A stretch of DNA of 64,000 nucleotides from Rhizaria sp. SCN 62-66 (taxonomy: Eukaryota): contig MEDY01000085.1 in the NCBI GenBank assembly GCA_001724265.1, forward strand, positions 1 through 64,000, given 5' to 3'. Under the pieces are notes generated by a model. That model searched no databases. It had not been told where the DNA came from and was given only the letters and a program-made list of their open reading frames with translations. The translations under genes and the position numbers were made by a program. Below are positions 45,381 through 57,976 of the stretch, in pieces; positions within the stretch are counted from its first letter, which is position 1; each line of letters starts with the position of its first letter.

Positions 45381-48300
45381 TTACTTCTGCTGCTGTTGCT
45401 GGGAGGCGAGCTTGCGCTTCTTCTCCTCGGCGGCCTGCTGCTCGAGCTCTGCGTTGAGCGCGACGTAGTCGACCGCGGCGCGCGCGCGGCGGGGGCGCGA
45501 CGGCGCGTCGCCCTCGGCCGCAGCGGCAGCGGCAGCGGCAGCGGCGGCGGCGGCCGTGGCGGAGGCGCCAGCGACGTCATCGATCATGGCCTCGCCCGCG
45601 CCAGTGCCGGCGCCAGAGGACGCGGCGGCAGCCACGGCGGCGTTGGCCGCGACGGCGGCAGCGGCGGCGGCCTCAGCGCGAGCGCGCATAATGCGCATGC
45701 GCTCCTCCGCACGCTCGGCGGCACGTTGCTGCTCGCGGGCGAGGTCCTCGTCCTCGGCGGCGCGGTCCGCGGCCGCGGCCTCGGCGTCGTAGTGCTCAGG
45801 GCTGCCCTCAGCGAGCGCGCGCACGTGCGCCGCAACGGACTTGGCGAACGGCGACGCGGCCTTGCCGGCGATGCGGTAACCGCCCTCGAGTACCGACACA
45901 ATGCGGCCGCCCGAGACGGCGTTGGCGACCTTGACGAGCTCCTTGGTGATCCAGTAAAAGTCGCGCTCGTCGATGGCCAGGTAGCCCAGGTTCATGTCGT
46001 CACGCTTGTGCGCGTCGAAGCCGGCCGAGATGAACAGCACGTCGGGCTTGAACTGCAACAGGCGCGGGATGATGGCGTGGCGCCAGACCTGCCGCCAGGC
46101 GCGCACCGAGAGCTTGGCGGGCATGCCCACGTTGAGCACCTGGGGCGTCCGCTCGCACAGCAGCGTGGGCGGAACGGCGGCGGCCGACACGCAGCGCGAG
46201 GCCACGGCTTCCTCGACGCCTGCCGAGGTGGTGCCTGAGTCGGGGTAGAACCAGGGCCCGTCGCCCGCGCGGCGGCCGTGCACCGAAGCGAAAAACACGT
46301 GCCGCGGGTCGTCGTGGTCAAGCCAGGGCTTGTAGGACCGCTTGGAGACCGTTACCGAAGTCGTGTGCTCGTCGGAGAAGGTGCTGGTGACGACGCGCGG
46401 CTCGAGGTTGCGCACCACGGCCTCGGTGCCGTTGCCATGGTGAACGTCGAAGTCGACGATTGCGACGCGGCGCACGGTCGACCGGTGCACGCAGCGCGCG
46501 TACGCGGCGCCAATGGCGGCGTTGTTGAGGAAGCAGAAGCCCGAGGACGAGCCCACGCGGTCGGCATTGTGGACCACGCCCACGGGGCCCGCGTGGTGCC
46601 CGGGCGGCCGTACCACCACGAACGCGGTCTTGTTCTTGCCCGCCACGACGCGGTCCACGGCGTCAAGCACCAGCCCCGCCGCGTGCTTGGCAGCGACGTA
46701 GGTGCCCGCCGAGACGGCCGTGTCGCCGTCGAGGTGGCTGAGCCGGATCTTGGCCTCCGCGGCGGCGGCGGCGGCGGCCTCGTGCGCGGCGGCGCTGGCG
46801 GCGGCGGCCGCGGTCTGCGCTGCGATGCGGTCCGCGGCGGACGCGTCGGTCGCGGCGGCGGCCTCGGCGGCGGCGGCAGCGGCGGCCTCGGCGGCGGCGG
46901 CGGCGGCGCGCGCGGTGGCCGCGGGGGCGATCATGGTGTTGCGGTCGACAAGCGCGTTGACCAGCGCCGTGGTCTCCTCTTCTGTGCCCCGCTCCAGCCC
47001 CGCGGCGGCCTCTTCGAGCGAGTGGATGTACTGGTACTCGTGGCAGCGCAAAATGTCCACCACGGGCGCCGCGCGCGACCGCGCGTTCCATTCAATCGCC
47101 CCACTGTGCGGCACACCAGCAGCAGCAGCGCTGGTCGCGACATAGGCGCCATCGACGACAGCGGCGACCGCGGCGGCCGAGGCGGGGTCGGCGCAGGGCG
47201 CGAACTCGCCGCCCGTGAGCACGCCGTCGTCCTTGTTAAGCAGGACCTGGAGCCGGCGCACGTTCTCGGGCGGCGGCGACGCGCGGCGCGTGATAACGCC
47301 GCTCGTCGTCGTGAAGTGGTTGAAGCCCGTGCGCGTCCACGATAGCAGCAGCGGCGCACGCATGTTCCCAGCGCTCGCAGGAGCGCTGCTGCTAGGCTCG
47401 TTGCTGTTGCTGTGGCTGTTGCGGAGGAACCAGTCGTGCGGCGTGCGGCCTAACTTATCGCGCGCGTCGGGGCTCGCGCCGCGCGCCAGCAGCAGCTGCA
47501 CCATGGGCGACGCCGCCCGCCAGTCCGCGCTGGGATTTGCCGCGGTCGCGCGCGGGGCCGCGTAAAAGGCCGCCGCGTGCAGCGCTGTCCAGCCGCGCGC
47601 GTTAGCGGCGTCGAGCTCGGCCGCGGGGCACAGCTGCGTGCTGTTGCTGCTCGCGCCCGCTGCGGCAGCCGAGACAGTGCCTGGGAGCGCGGGCATCGGC
47701 ACCGGGGTCAGCAGTGCCTCCGTGGCGGCGACGTGGCCGAACTGGGCCGCCAGGTGCAGTGGTGTGTCGCCGTCCTTGTCCTTGGTACGCGTGCTGGCGT
47801 TACCGAGGTCGTCCCACGCTGTCTCGGGCAGCGGCGGCGCCAGAAGCGGCACGGCCTCGGCGACGTCGAAGTGCGCGGCCCAGTGCAGCGGGGTGCGGCC
47901 CAGGTCGTCCGTGGCCCCGGGGTCGGCCCCTGCGGCGAGCAGCAGGCGCGCGCACTCGACAGCGGCGGCGCGGTGGCGCGGGAAGCCCGCGACATGCATC
48001 GCCATGTGCAGCGCGGTTGACCCGTTGGAGCGGAACGTGGTCTCGGCGCCAGCGTCGAGCAGGCGCGCCAGCGCGGCCGGGTTGCGCGACAGCACGGCGA
48101 CGTGGACCGGGGTGAGCCCGTCGGCGTCGGCGGCGTCGAGGTTGAGCTCGCGCGCCACAGGGTTGAACCCGCCCGCGCCGTCGACGGGCGGCATGAAGAG
48201 CGTCGCCAGGAACGCCTCGTCATGCGCCTCGATGGCGTCGTGCAGCGCGTCGCGGCGGCGCGCGGCGGCGCGAAACACAGGATCCAGGTACGGCGGCAGC

Positions 48301-48811
48301 GGCGGCAGCGACACGTCGTCGCCGTCGGCAGGGGCGCCGAGGCCATGCGCGACCGAGGGGAGGTGCGCGGAGGGCGCGGCCGTGGAGCGCGGGAGCGCAC
48401 CAATGGTGGGGACGGGGGCGGCTGCGTCAGCCAATAGCGCGGCCAGCTCGTCATCGGCGTCGTCGGCGTCGTCCTCGGTGATGTCGGTGTCGTCGTCGTC
48501 GGAGCCCGTCGGGTCGTTGGTCTCGGTATCGTGCACTTCGCCGTCGTCGGCGTCGTCGGCGTCGGACGCGGCCTCTTCGGAGTCAGAGGCGGGGCCGTTG
48601 TCGGAGAGCTCTTCCTCTTCCTCCTCGCCCAGCGAGTCGTCGTCGGGAAGGGACACGAGCTCCTCAACGGGGCCTCCGCGGCGGCTGCGCAGGGGAAGAC
48701 AAGAAGTCAGAGGACAGGAGTGAGCGCAAATGACGGGATAGTGAACTAAAAGTGAGACTCGTATGATTAGCTTACTGACATAGTAGAACATAGAGCGTAC
48801 CTTCGGGACAT
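45381..48811 (-). CDS. Ankyrin-repeat + class II (Hda1-like) histone deacetylase (2 exons, ~1104 aa)
   Basis: Exons 48811-48801 and 48684-45381, intron GTACGC...GCGCAG. Ankyrin motifs GLTPVHVA, GSTALHMA, GRTPLHWA, GDTPLHLA and GWTALHAA. HDAC motifs PENVRRL, RPPGHHAG, GFCFLNNAAI, DFDVHHGNGT, SAGFDAH and VLEGGY. Ends in TAA. Confidence 0.92.
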
Positions 48812-49289
48812 GAGTGCTTAGACCTGGGAAGTGAGTGATTCAAGGACAGGAGCGAATAACCGGAGATTGGAAAGCAGGCAGAAAAAGCGATGATGAGAGT
48901 GGCGGACTTCAAGCCTGATCATAGACAATATCTTAGAATCCAGGATTAAGAAAAATAGGTAGTATATTGAAATATGTTATATAGCGAAACTAAGTAATCG
49001 TATCCCTTTGTCATCGACACAGATCCCACAAGTCATTGATTCTTCGTGAGTATATCGTGGTCCTGAGTAGCGTTTCGGTCCAACCACAAGCGACAAAGTG
49101 CGACATTCACAGTGAACAATATAAAACATCGCCGCAAGTGTAGGTAGTGTTAATATTAATCGCATTTACGTATGGTTTAAGAGCGTTCAAGTGATGGGAA
49201 ATTACAAAAAAGAAATGTTTCAAGTGAGCTGCAATATTATACACATGAAATCAGTCATACAAATGAATCATACAAATCATTGCGAATAG

Positions 49290-52200
49290 TCACGAATCGA
49301 CACGTACCTTTTTAACATCTGAAAGACGCTCCAGGAGCGTATTGCGCCGCTTCTGCGCCTTCAACAGCCGCTCGCGCATCTGTGCTGCCGCCGCCTCAGC
49401 CGCTTCGACCTCATTCCGCATCGCCGTCGGCGTTAACGCGAGCTGTGCATCCGCATCAACAGTCATTGGCACAGCCACAGCCACTGACGCGGACGCAGAC
49501 GCTGAAGCTGAAGCTGACGCTGACGCTGACGCCGACGCCCCGGTCACTGCCGGCCTGGGATAAAGCGCAGCGCGGTGCGCGGCCAGTGCGGCCGTGGCGC
49601 GGCGCATCTCGAGCGCGTACGCGACCACGCGATCGGCGTTCGCCGCAGCCGCCGCGGCCTCGACGGCGGCCCACTGATCGCGCAACCGCGCCTGCTTCGA
49701 CTGCGACTGCAACTGCGGCTGTAACTGAGATCTCTGCTCAGCGGCCGTAGAAGCGCTGTCCTGGAGCGACAACAGGTGACCGTCAGCAAATGCAGCGCGG
49801 CACAGCAGCGCGCGCCCCGTCTCTGTGCCCACATAGAGCCCGCCGCCTTCGCTGTGGCGCTCCGAGTCACTTGCACAGGAGCTATCGCTGGCCGTGCTTG
49901 GTGACGCGCTAGCAGCTTTAATTGCGTGCATATCTTGCCGCGCAACCTCGCGCTCGAAGGCCATCTTCGCGGCCTGAACCGCACGCCGCGCCGCAGTCTC
50001 CGCAGCGTTGGCAGCGGCGTCGTCAAACCGCTCAGCAAGGCCTATTGTGTTCCCTCTCGCCTCGGCCTCGGCAGCAATCAGCGCCTGCTCTGCGTCCAAT
50101 GCGTCAGCGGTCCGCGCCGCCTCAGCATCAACCGTGGCGGCTGCGGCCTCTGCTGCGGCCGCGGCAGCTTCTGCAACTGCAGTCAGGCCGCACAACGCCT
50201 CAATCTTCTGCAAATGCGCGCGCGCCGCTGCGGTCTGCGCAGGAATCACCCGCTCGCCGACATCACGGCTCAGAGCGCCGGAGAAGCTGGCGTTGGCATC
50301 ACCAGCGCTGGTGGTCAGCAACACAGGGTCGAGAGCAGTGCGCTCAACTTCGTGGCCCCACTCCTCGAGCACCAGGCCCGCGCACTCCTCCTCTGCCGCC
50401 GCTCCGGCGCGTCCTCCAGCGGCGCCAAGCTGCGCGTCCGCGGCGTCCGCGGTGACGTCGGCGTTGGGGCTCCACTGAGCGCGCGCGTTGGGAGCGAGCG
50501 CGGCGGCGGTGTCTGCGTCGGAAAGCGGCATCCCCAACTGTGTGCGGCGGCGCGCTGCCACGACGGCGTGCATCGTGGGCAGCAGCGTCAAATTGCGCGC
50601 GTTGTGCTGCGCACCTGCCTCTAGCGGAGTCCCGCGCTCACAGTTGGCAATGTTCCGATGCAGTCGCGCGTGTGAAAACGAAAACGAATCCCACCGCGGC
50701 TCCACTGGCCGCGCGCCGGTGCCAGCAACGGCAGACCGCGACGCCACAGCGCGCGTGCGCTTCGCAAGCCTGGAGAGCGTGACAGCAAGCGCGGATGACC
50801 GCTCAGGGTTCTCCCCACGTGCGCGCAACTGTTCGTCGCGGCGCAGCAACACAGAGATACGCGCGCTGAGTTCTACTGGTGGCAAACCCGTAGTGGCGGC
50901 CTCAATCGCGCCCGCAACGCCACGTGCAGCAACCGCAGTGTGCACAGCCTGAAACGTCGCCGTGCTTGTGTATGGACTCTCCAGCATGTGTTTCGGCCCA
51001 CGTGCGCCAGTAATACTATGGCTACTCCAGTCATCACTATCAGAAACGACACTGTTGTCGTCCTCGTCATCGTCGTGATTGCTAGACGGCGCAAGCATAT
51101 TCATGGTGTGCAACAAGCCTTGAAGAAAAGGCGAAAACAGCCGAGCGCGTCTCGATGCGCGGGCACTCGCACCTGTGTTCGCGCGCAAGTCCTCGTCTTG
51201 ATCAGCGTTGTCTGTGCGTTGTTCATCGATTCCACTGCAATCACTGACGCGGCCTAGGCCAACAAATACAACGTAGCGCAGGAAAGAAAACAATCGGAGC
51301 TCGGCCGCGTCCGCACTCGACGCAGCTAGTTCGTGTTGCTCAAGCAGTACGTTGCTGTGCACAACGTCCGCATCTGTTGCGGTACAAACAGATGTTGCTG
51401 CAGCAGCCACGGTCGCAACGTCATTATGCCCGCTCTCTGGCATGATTCGCGGGCTATAACGCATGTCAACAGCGCGGAAGGCCGTGCGCAGGCTGGAAAG
51501 TCCGTCAGGATCATCGTCTTGAACAAATTGTGGCGTTGAAGCCGCTGTCAGCAGCGCTATCGCTCGCCGCCGCAGTACAGCCACCGCAGCGTGCGCTACA
51601 GAAACGTCACTCGCACCCTTCGCAGCTGGGCGGCGCAGCACGCGGCGCAGCTCAGCGAGCGCTGCGGGCGCGAACAGGCGCGCAAGCAACGTCAGCAGCG
51701 CGGCCTCGTGGGCGCTAAACGCAGCCGTAACTGCGCTATGTCCGGCGCGCGCCCGCCACCTGCGCGCCGCAGCGTGGTTGGGCGGTGCTGCAAAAGCGCC
51801 GAGTCGAGTGTCAAAAGGCGTGGCAGTATAGACGAAGTTGGATGTCGCACGACCCAACGCTACAGCGTCACTGTGGAGCGAGTTGTTCCAAGCGCGTTCA
51901 GGCAGCCACACACGCCACGCAAAGCTGTGGCAGTAGCGCAACACCGTCAGCGCGTGCGCGCCGCGAGCGGATAGCGGTGTCGCGGGCCCCGGTACAGTAC
52001 TCGATGTACCACCGACCAGCGGCAACCACCGCGGCACTGCGCCGCTCGCGCGGTCACCCGGCGTCCACGCCTGAACCACGACCGGGTGAGTCGCCTCGCG
52101 AGTCGAGGCTGTCACAGTTGGCGCTGTCGGAAGTAACAAGGCAGTGGACACACCATTGATGACGCTCGGCTTGTCTGTGACAAGTCGCGCCGCCTCCTGG

Positions 52201-55200
52201 ACGCCATACGGCCAGGACGTTGTGGCGCGGTGAGCCAGAGCAGTGGCCACGGGCGCTGCAAGAGCTCGCGCGGCCAACAATGCGTGTTGCGAGACGGCTG
52301 AGAATATAGGGTGCGACTGGGCAAGAAATCGCAGCGCGTGTGCCTCCGACGCCGCCGCAGTGATGATCCGTAGACTGTTGTTGTTGTGTACAAACTTCTC
52401 TAAGTCATCCTCGCGCGGGCCGCTCGAGGCCCCGCGTCCGCGCCAGCCCATTACGCCGGCAACGACAGCTTCACAGTCACGTAACGTCCCCTCCTCAATG
52501 TGTAGATTGCTCGCAGACGCACTAGCTGTTCCTGCTGCATTTGTATCAACACTACTTGTTGCGAAGCCATCAGAACTTGCAGTTACGACAGCGCGGGCCG
52601 CGGGCATCACGATGCGCTTCGCAGCGAGTGCGTTGGCGGAAAATGACGAGTCGCTCGACGAAAGCAGCAAGGCGGGCATGGGTGGCATTGGCGGGGGATT
52701 GTGTAGCGGGTGCTGCGGCGGCAGCACAGTGGGCCCAAAGCTGGCTGCCAGAAGCTGCTCAGCAGCGCCCCAGCCTGCAGCAGCGCCCACGCTCCCTGCA
52801 ACGCGATCAGTATCGCCGCCACATGCGTAGATGTCCATGAACGCGCGCGTCGCCCGAGCTGCATCGTTATCGACGCCCTTCGCACCCACGTTGCTGTTCG
52901 GTGCGGGTACCAGCACATGAACAAACGAAAGCGCAACCATGCGTCCAAAGCTCGCCAGATCCGGCTGCAACTCGCCTGATTCAGTCGCAGATGTGTAAAA
53001 AGAAACGCTCGCACTTGCTCTCGCGTCTGCAGAAGGGAACGCTAAGGTTTCGGTCGCCATATTGACCGTCTGCTGCTCGAGCATACAGCGGCGCATGTTA
53101 AGGTCGCCGGCAAGCGCCTCGAGTGCGACTGCACGGAGCCCACGTGAAAGGGCATCAGCATGTTTGTCCTGCGCTACAGAGGGACCCGGGATCGCACTCG
53201 GCGCAACCAGAGGCGCCGTCGCCGCGAGCGCCTCTGCCACGCGCCCTTCGAGCACTTTGGGTGCCGTGAGTGGCGGCTCTGGTCCATCCGCAGCGCGTGC
53301 GGCTGCGGCGACGCGCGCGTGGCGAGACACTGCTTGCAGCGTCCGCAAAACAGGCTCAGCCGCCAGCTCGGCGTTGCGGGTAAGCGCGGACGATACACGC
53401 GCTAGCGCGGCGTCACACCCTGCAGCGGTGCCCTCGTTGTCACGATCAGCGCGGCTGCTTGTGCTGCTACTCGAACTGTTGTTACTGGTGCTGCTGCTGC
53501 TCCCGTCATTGTCCAAGTATTGATGGCAGAACGCCGCAACGTAGGACAGTGCAGCATTTGCACTCAAACGGCTCGCGTCCGTCGCCCGCGCGCGCTCATG
53601 CCCGCGCTCTGCGTGGCTCTGGTCCGGGCCGCGTTGTTGACTTTGCTGTTGAATGTGCCTCGAATGTTGATGCGGTTGCATACCCTGTGGCGCCGAAAGC
53701 GAGTCGACGTCTGCGAACTGCATGTGCGCGAACGCGTGCGTAACCGGGGGCAGGTCCACGCCCGCAAGCGCTGCGTTGCCACCGCTGGGCGCACGCGCGT
53801 GTTGTGTGGCAGACAGCGCAACCTACGCAGAGTTAACAGGCCGCTGCAGCCTCGGGGTCAAAATGCGCGATAGCGCTGCTTTAGCTGCAGTTTCGGCAAT
53901 CTCGCGTTGTCGGGCGTCAAACTGCGCGCGCGAGCTCGCGCCCGTGACTACATTGTCGTGAATGCTGTCGTTATCCGGGGCAGCATTGGCAGGGTTGTTG
54001 CCTTGATCGTTACGTAGCGCGTACTTTGGGTCCACACCCCTCGGGCCGCCATTTTTGCCGTGGGTTTGCTTCTGTTGCTGTTGTTGTTGCTGTTGCTGCC
54101 GTTGATGCTGTGTCGGCTTCTCGCGTTCACGCAACGCAGCGCCTTCAGCTGCAGCCGTGTGGGCCACAAACGCGACGTCGTCTGCAGTAAACCCCGTCAC
54201 AACGGCGTGCGTAGCTTCACATTCGGCGCGCACAGTCGCAAGTTCCTCAGCGACTAGAGCGGCCACGGTGGCGTCTTCGCGCGCACGAATGGCGGATACA
54301 GCCCGTGAGCAACTTAAGAAGTCGTTCGCAACTACGGCGTCGGCCTCTGCGGCGACAGGCGCAGCGGCGGCCGCAGTAGCAATGCGCAGCGTCGCGTCGG
54401 CCTGCAGTGCGTGCGATGCTGCCGCTGCAATTGCGGGGAACAGCGCCGACGCAGGCGCAACGCCAAAGAAGGTCAGCGCACCGCCGCCTGCGCGCGCGTG
54501 CGCTGCTGCAGCCGCGGCAGCCGCCGGGGGCAGTTCATTTGCAGATACACGCGAGTCGGTAAAGTCGTGCTGCATGTAGCCCAACGCTGCGTTGGCGGGG
54601 CTAAAGACGGCGTCGAGTGGGGTCACTGCGCCGTACGCTGAAAACAACGGACCGCCGCCGTTGGCAACAGTGTTAGTCACTGCGTCCCCGCAGGGACAAT
54701 AAGGTACAGGCAAACTCGCAGCGAACGCTCCGGCGGTGACTGCATTTGGTGCGTCAGTGGTGGCGCCTGTGGTGAGATGCGCCATATGAACATCGAAGTC
54801 GCGCCCGTCAGTGAGCGCGTGTGACCACGCCGCTGCATAGAGCTGGCGCTGCTGCTGAACTAACGCGGCGCGCTCATCTTTCACGCGCGGTGCAAACCCT
54901 TGCTGGGACACCGGGTGCTGCTGCTTTGGTTGCAACTACTGATGGGGTGGCTGTTGTTGTTGCTGTGAGGCAGGCGCATATCCATTCGCAATCTCAAGCA
55001 ATTCGACCAGCAACGTCGGCACAGGCAGCAAGAACGGCTATTTTCCTGGAGATGAAGTCGCAGTACTCCTTGAATCCACAGTCTTAATCAAACCTCTGCT
55101 GTCACGACTGCTGTGCTCATCGTCGTCGCCGTCTTCGGCCCACGCGCGCATGACCGCCATGCGCACATTGCTGCCAATGCCCTGCGCCTCCGCGGACGGT

Positions 55201-57377
55201 AGCCCCAGCCGCACTGCCTGCGCCCGCGCCTCGCTCTCAGCCCGCGCAGCCTCCTGTTGCAGCTGCGGGTCCCGCAAGCGCGCCTCGGTGCGCACCTGCT
55301 GCGCCTTGACGGCCTCCGCCACGCCCGGCACAGGCTGGCGCGAAGGTGCCTTGTTCGCCGCCTTGAGCGCTGCATCAAGCGCGGCGCCTGCGAACGCGAG
55401 CTGCAGCTCGGGCGCGCGCAGCACCTCGGCCCACGGCGCGTACACGGTCACCGTCGCGCTGTCGCGGGTTGTGGGCGCGGGAACGCATGGACACGAGCAC
55501 GCCATCGGCCTTGTGGCAGCAGCAGCAACGGCGACAGCGGCAGCAGCAGTGGAGACACCGGCGGCCTCATCGTCGCCGCTCGTTAAGGACGTCAAAGCAG
55601 TCGCAGGCGCTGGTAGGGGGCTTGTGGAGTCGCACCAAAAGTGTTTGCAGCGCGACGAATACAGCACATTGCCGTCCTCGCGTCCGCACTGCAAACAGCC
55701 CGTGGGCAGCAGACCCGCGTCGGGCGCGCCCGCCGCAGCGGCGGCAGCGGGGGCGGGCTCTAACGCGCCGCTGCCAGCGCCGGCTGTACGCGGGCGCGAC
55801 GGTGCGTAAGGCAACGGGTGTGCCGCGAGTGTGAGCCACTCGAGCTGCGCCGCGCGCGTGTCCGCCGCCTCGGCGTCGCGCTCCTCGGCGCGGGCCTGCG
55901 CGCCCTCCTGCGGCGTCAGCGGCTACTGCTGCTGCGCGGCCGCGCGCGCAAGCCGGCGGCTGCGCCGCCCCTCTGCCGCGCGCCGCGCTGCCCACGCGTC
56001 CGCGCACGCCTGCGCCGCGCCGCCCGAGTGCCGCAGCGCGCGCTGCACGGCAACTGCGGCGGCAGCGCACGCGTCCTCGTTCGCTGCGCGCGCGGCGGCC
56101 TCCGCGAAGCGCAGCAGAGAGTCGTACGCGCTCGTGAGCAGCAGCCCAGTGCCGTTGTCCGTTTTGTCGCCGAGCCCGGCGCCTTGCCCCGCCACCGGTA
56201 CGTCCAGCGTGTGCCCGTGGGGGTCTTCGTTGGCGTCAACGCGTGCCTCGCGCCGAGCCCGGGCGGCGTCTGCCGCGCGTTCGTCAAACATCCCGATTGC
56301 GCGCGCATCGTGGTCGTCGCTGTCGTTCTTGTTGCCGTTGTCTTCGCCGTCGCCGGGCGGAGCCAAAAGGCGCTGCGCAAGCGCAGCGGCTGCGGCGGCG
56401 CGCGCGAGGGCCCAGTAGCGGGCGAACGCGGTCGCCGCGCGCGCCCAGGGCCGCGCCACAACCTGCATGCCCCAGTGGGCCTTGTAGCCGTCGTAGGCCG
56501 CCGCCAGCACGTCCGCGGTCATAGCGCCCGTCGCCGGCTCAGCCCCCGCGGCCGACGCCCCCCGCGGCGCCGGCGCCAGGTGTTCCGGCAGCAGCGGCGG
56601 CGGCGTGGCAAGCGACGTGAGCAGGGAAAGCGGCTGGTGCTGAAGTTGGCTGAGGCCGTCCAAACCCGCGCCCGCGCCAGCGCCCAAGCCTCCGCCGCCC
56701 TTGCTCGCACCAGAGTCCGCAGTGAGCCCCGCTGCGGCCGGTGCCCGGCGGCGGGCGGGCGCGGCGGTGGCCACAAACGCTGCGGCGGTGCGGTAAGCGA
56801 GCGGCATCTCTGACATGCTGCGCGCGCGCGCGGCGAGGTCGGGGTCGCCACGGTGGGTCAGTAACGCGAAGAGCGTCGTTAGGAAGCGCGGCGACAGGCG
56901 CAGGCCCGGCAGGGGGGCGAAGCCCACGGGCGGCGGCAGCGGCGGCGCGGGCGGCGGCAGCAGCGGCGGCGGCACGTGGCCCGGCCCCTCGGCCGTGGCG
57001 TGGCCCGTGAGGTCCAGGAAGGGGTTTATCGGCGGCAACAGGCCGTCGTGCAGGCGGGACAGCACCTGCACCTGCGCCTGCGCCGCGGATGTGTCTGCAT
57101 GCGCGCCTGTAGATTCGCGAAACGCGGCTAATGCGGCCTGAGACGGTGTGGGCGCGCGGAGTGTTGGGTTAGGCTCTGGGTGAGGGCCCCAGCCCGCTAA
57201 CGCGGCGGAGAGCTCGGCTGGGTCAGACAGCGGCAGGCGTTCACGTTGGGTCACAGCGACATGAATAGGGGGTTGCTGCGCCAGCGGCTCCCTCTGCCCA
57301 GTTGATACGCATAGGGGTACCGGGTGTACCTACTGTTGTCGCTTTGGTGCATCTCTATCTGAGTCACGGCGACTCAT
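49290..57377 (-). CDS. Giant uncharacterised protein (2695 aa) containing five in-frame TAG codons
   Basis: ATG at 57377 (MSRRDSDRD...) to TGA at 49290-49292 in one frame. The only interruptions are TAG at 57330, 55923, 55038, 54936 and 53823. I read all inter-ORF gaps codon by codon and found no TAA or TGA. Confidence 0.78.
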
Positions 57378-57976
57378 GATAGAAACGCGCGATCACGACT
57401 CCTGGTGCTCGCGCTTGAAGCATCAAAAATGAGAAGCGTGATTGAGATTATCTTATCGTCAATGTGGAATATAATATGATTTTAATATATAGTAACGCTG
57501 TTAATTCGTGTTCTTTAAATTATACTCGCTGTGGGTGTCGTATTAAACATTAATACCCGGATTCGATTAGACGCTACTTGCTGACGATGCTGCGCACTTG
57601 CAAGAGCTCTCAGAGCGTTCTGATGTCAGCGAAAAGCGACACTTCGCGGACCAGCATCACTCGCGCGTAGCTGGTGCGTGTATGGCTGGTAGTTCTTGCT
57701 GCCCGCGATGCCTCTGCTCTTGGACAGTCATTTATGTATCCATCAGGATCAAGCAGACTGTCATAGGCTAACGAGGCTTGACATGACTGAGCACATCTGC
57801 GGTTATGTTTGTTTGATGACGAAGCACGCTTAATTCTTATAATGTTGAACTATAGCGATCTTAGAACTCCGCTGAGCAAGGTTACCAATCGTACACCAAT
57901 CAGGCACATTCATCGCACAAACTATTCTCACGTGGATACCTACATTCCATCACATCTTTTGACACAGCGTCTGCGT

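Noticed and set aside
49290-57377. Pseudogene or multi-gene interpretation of the fragmented ORFs
   Set aside because: Decay should also produce TAA, TGA and frameshifts. All five breaks are in-frame TAG, the fragments lack ATG starts, and no AT-rich spacers separate them.
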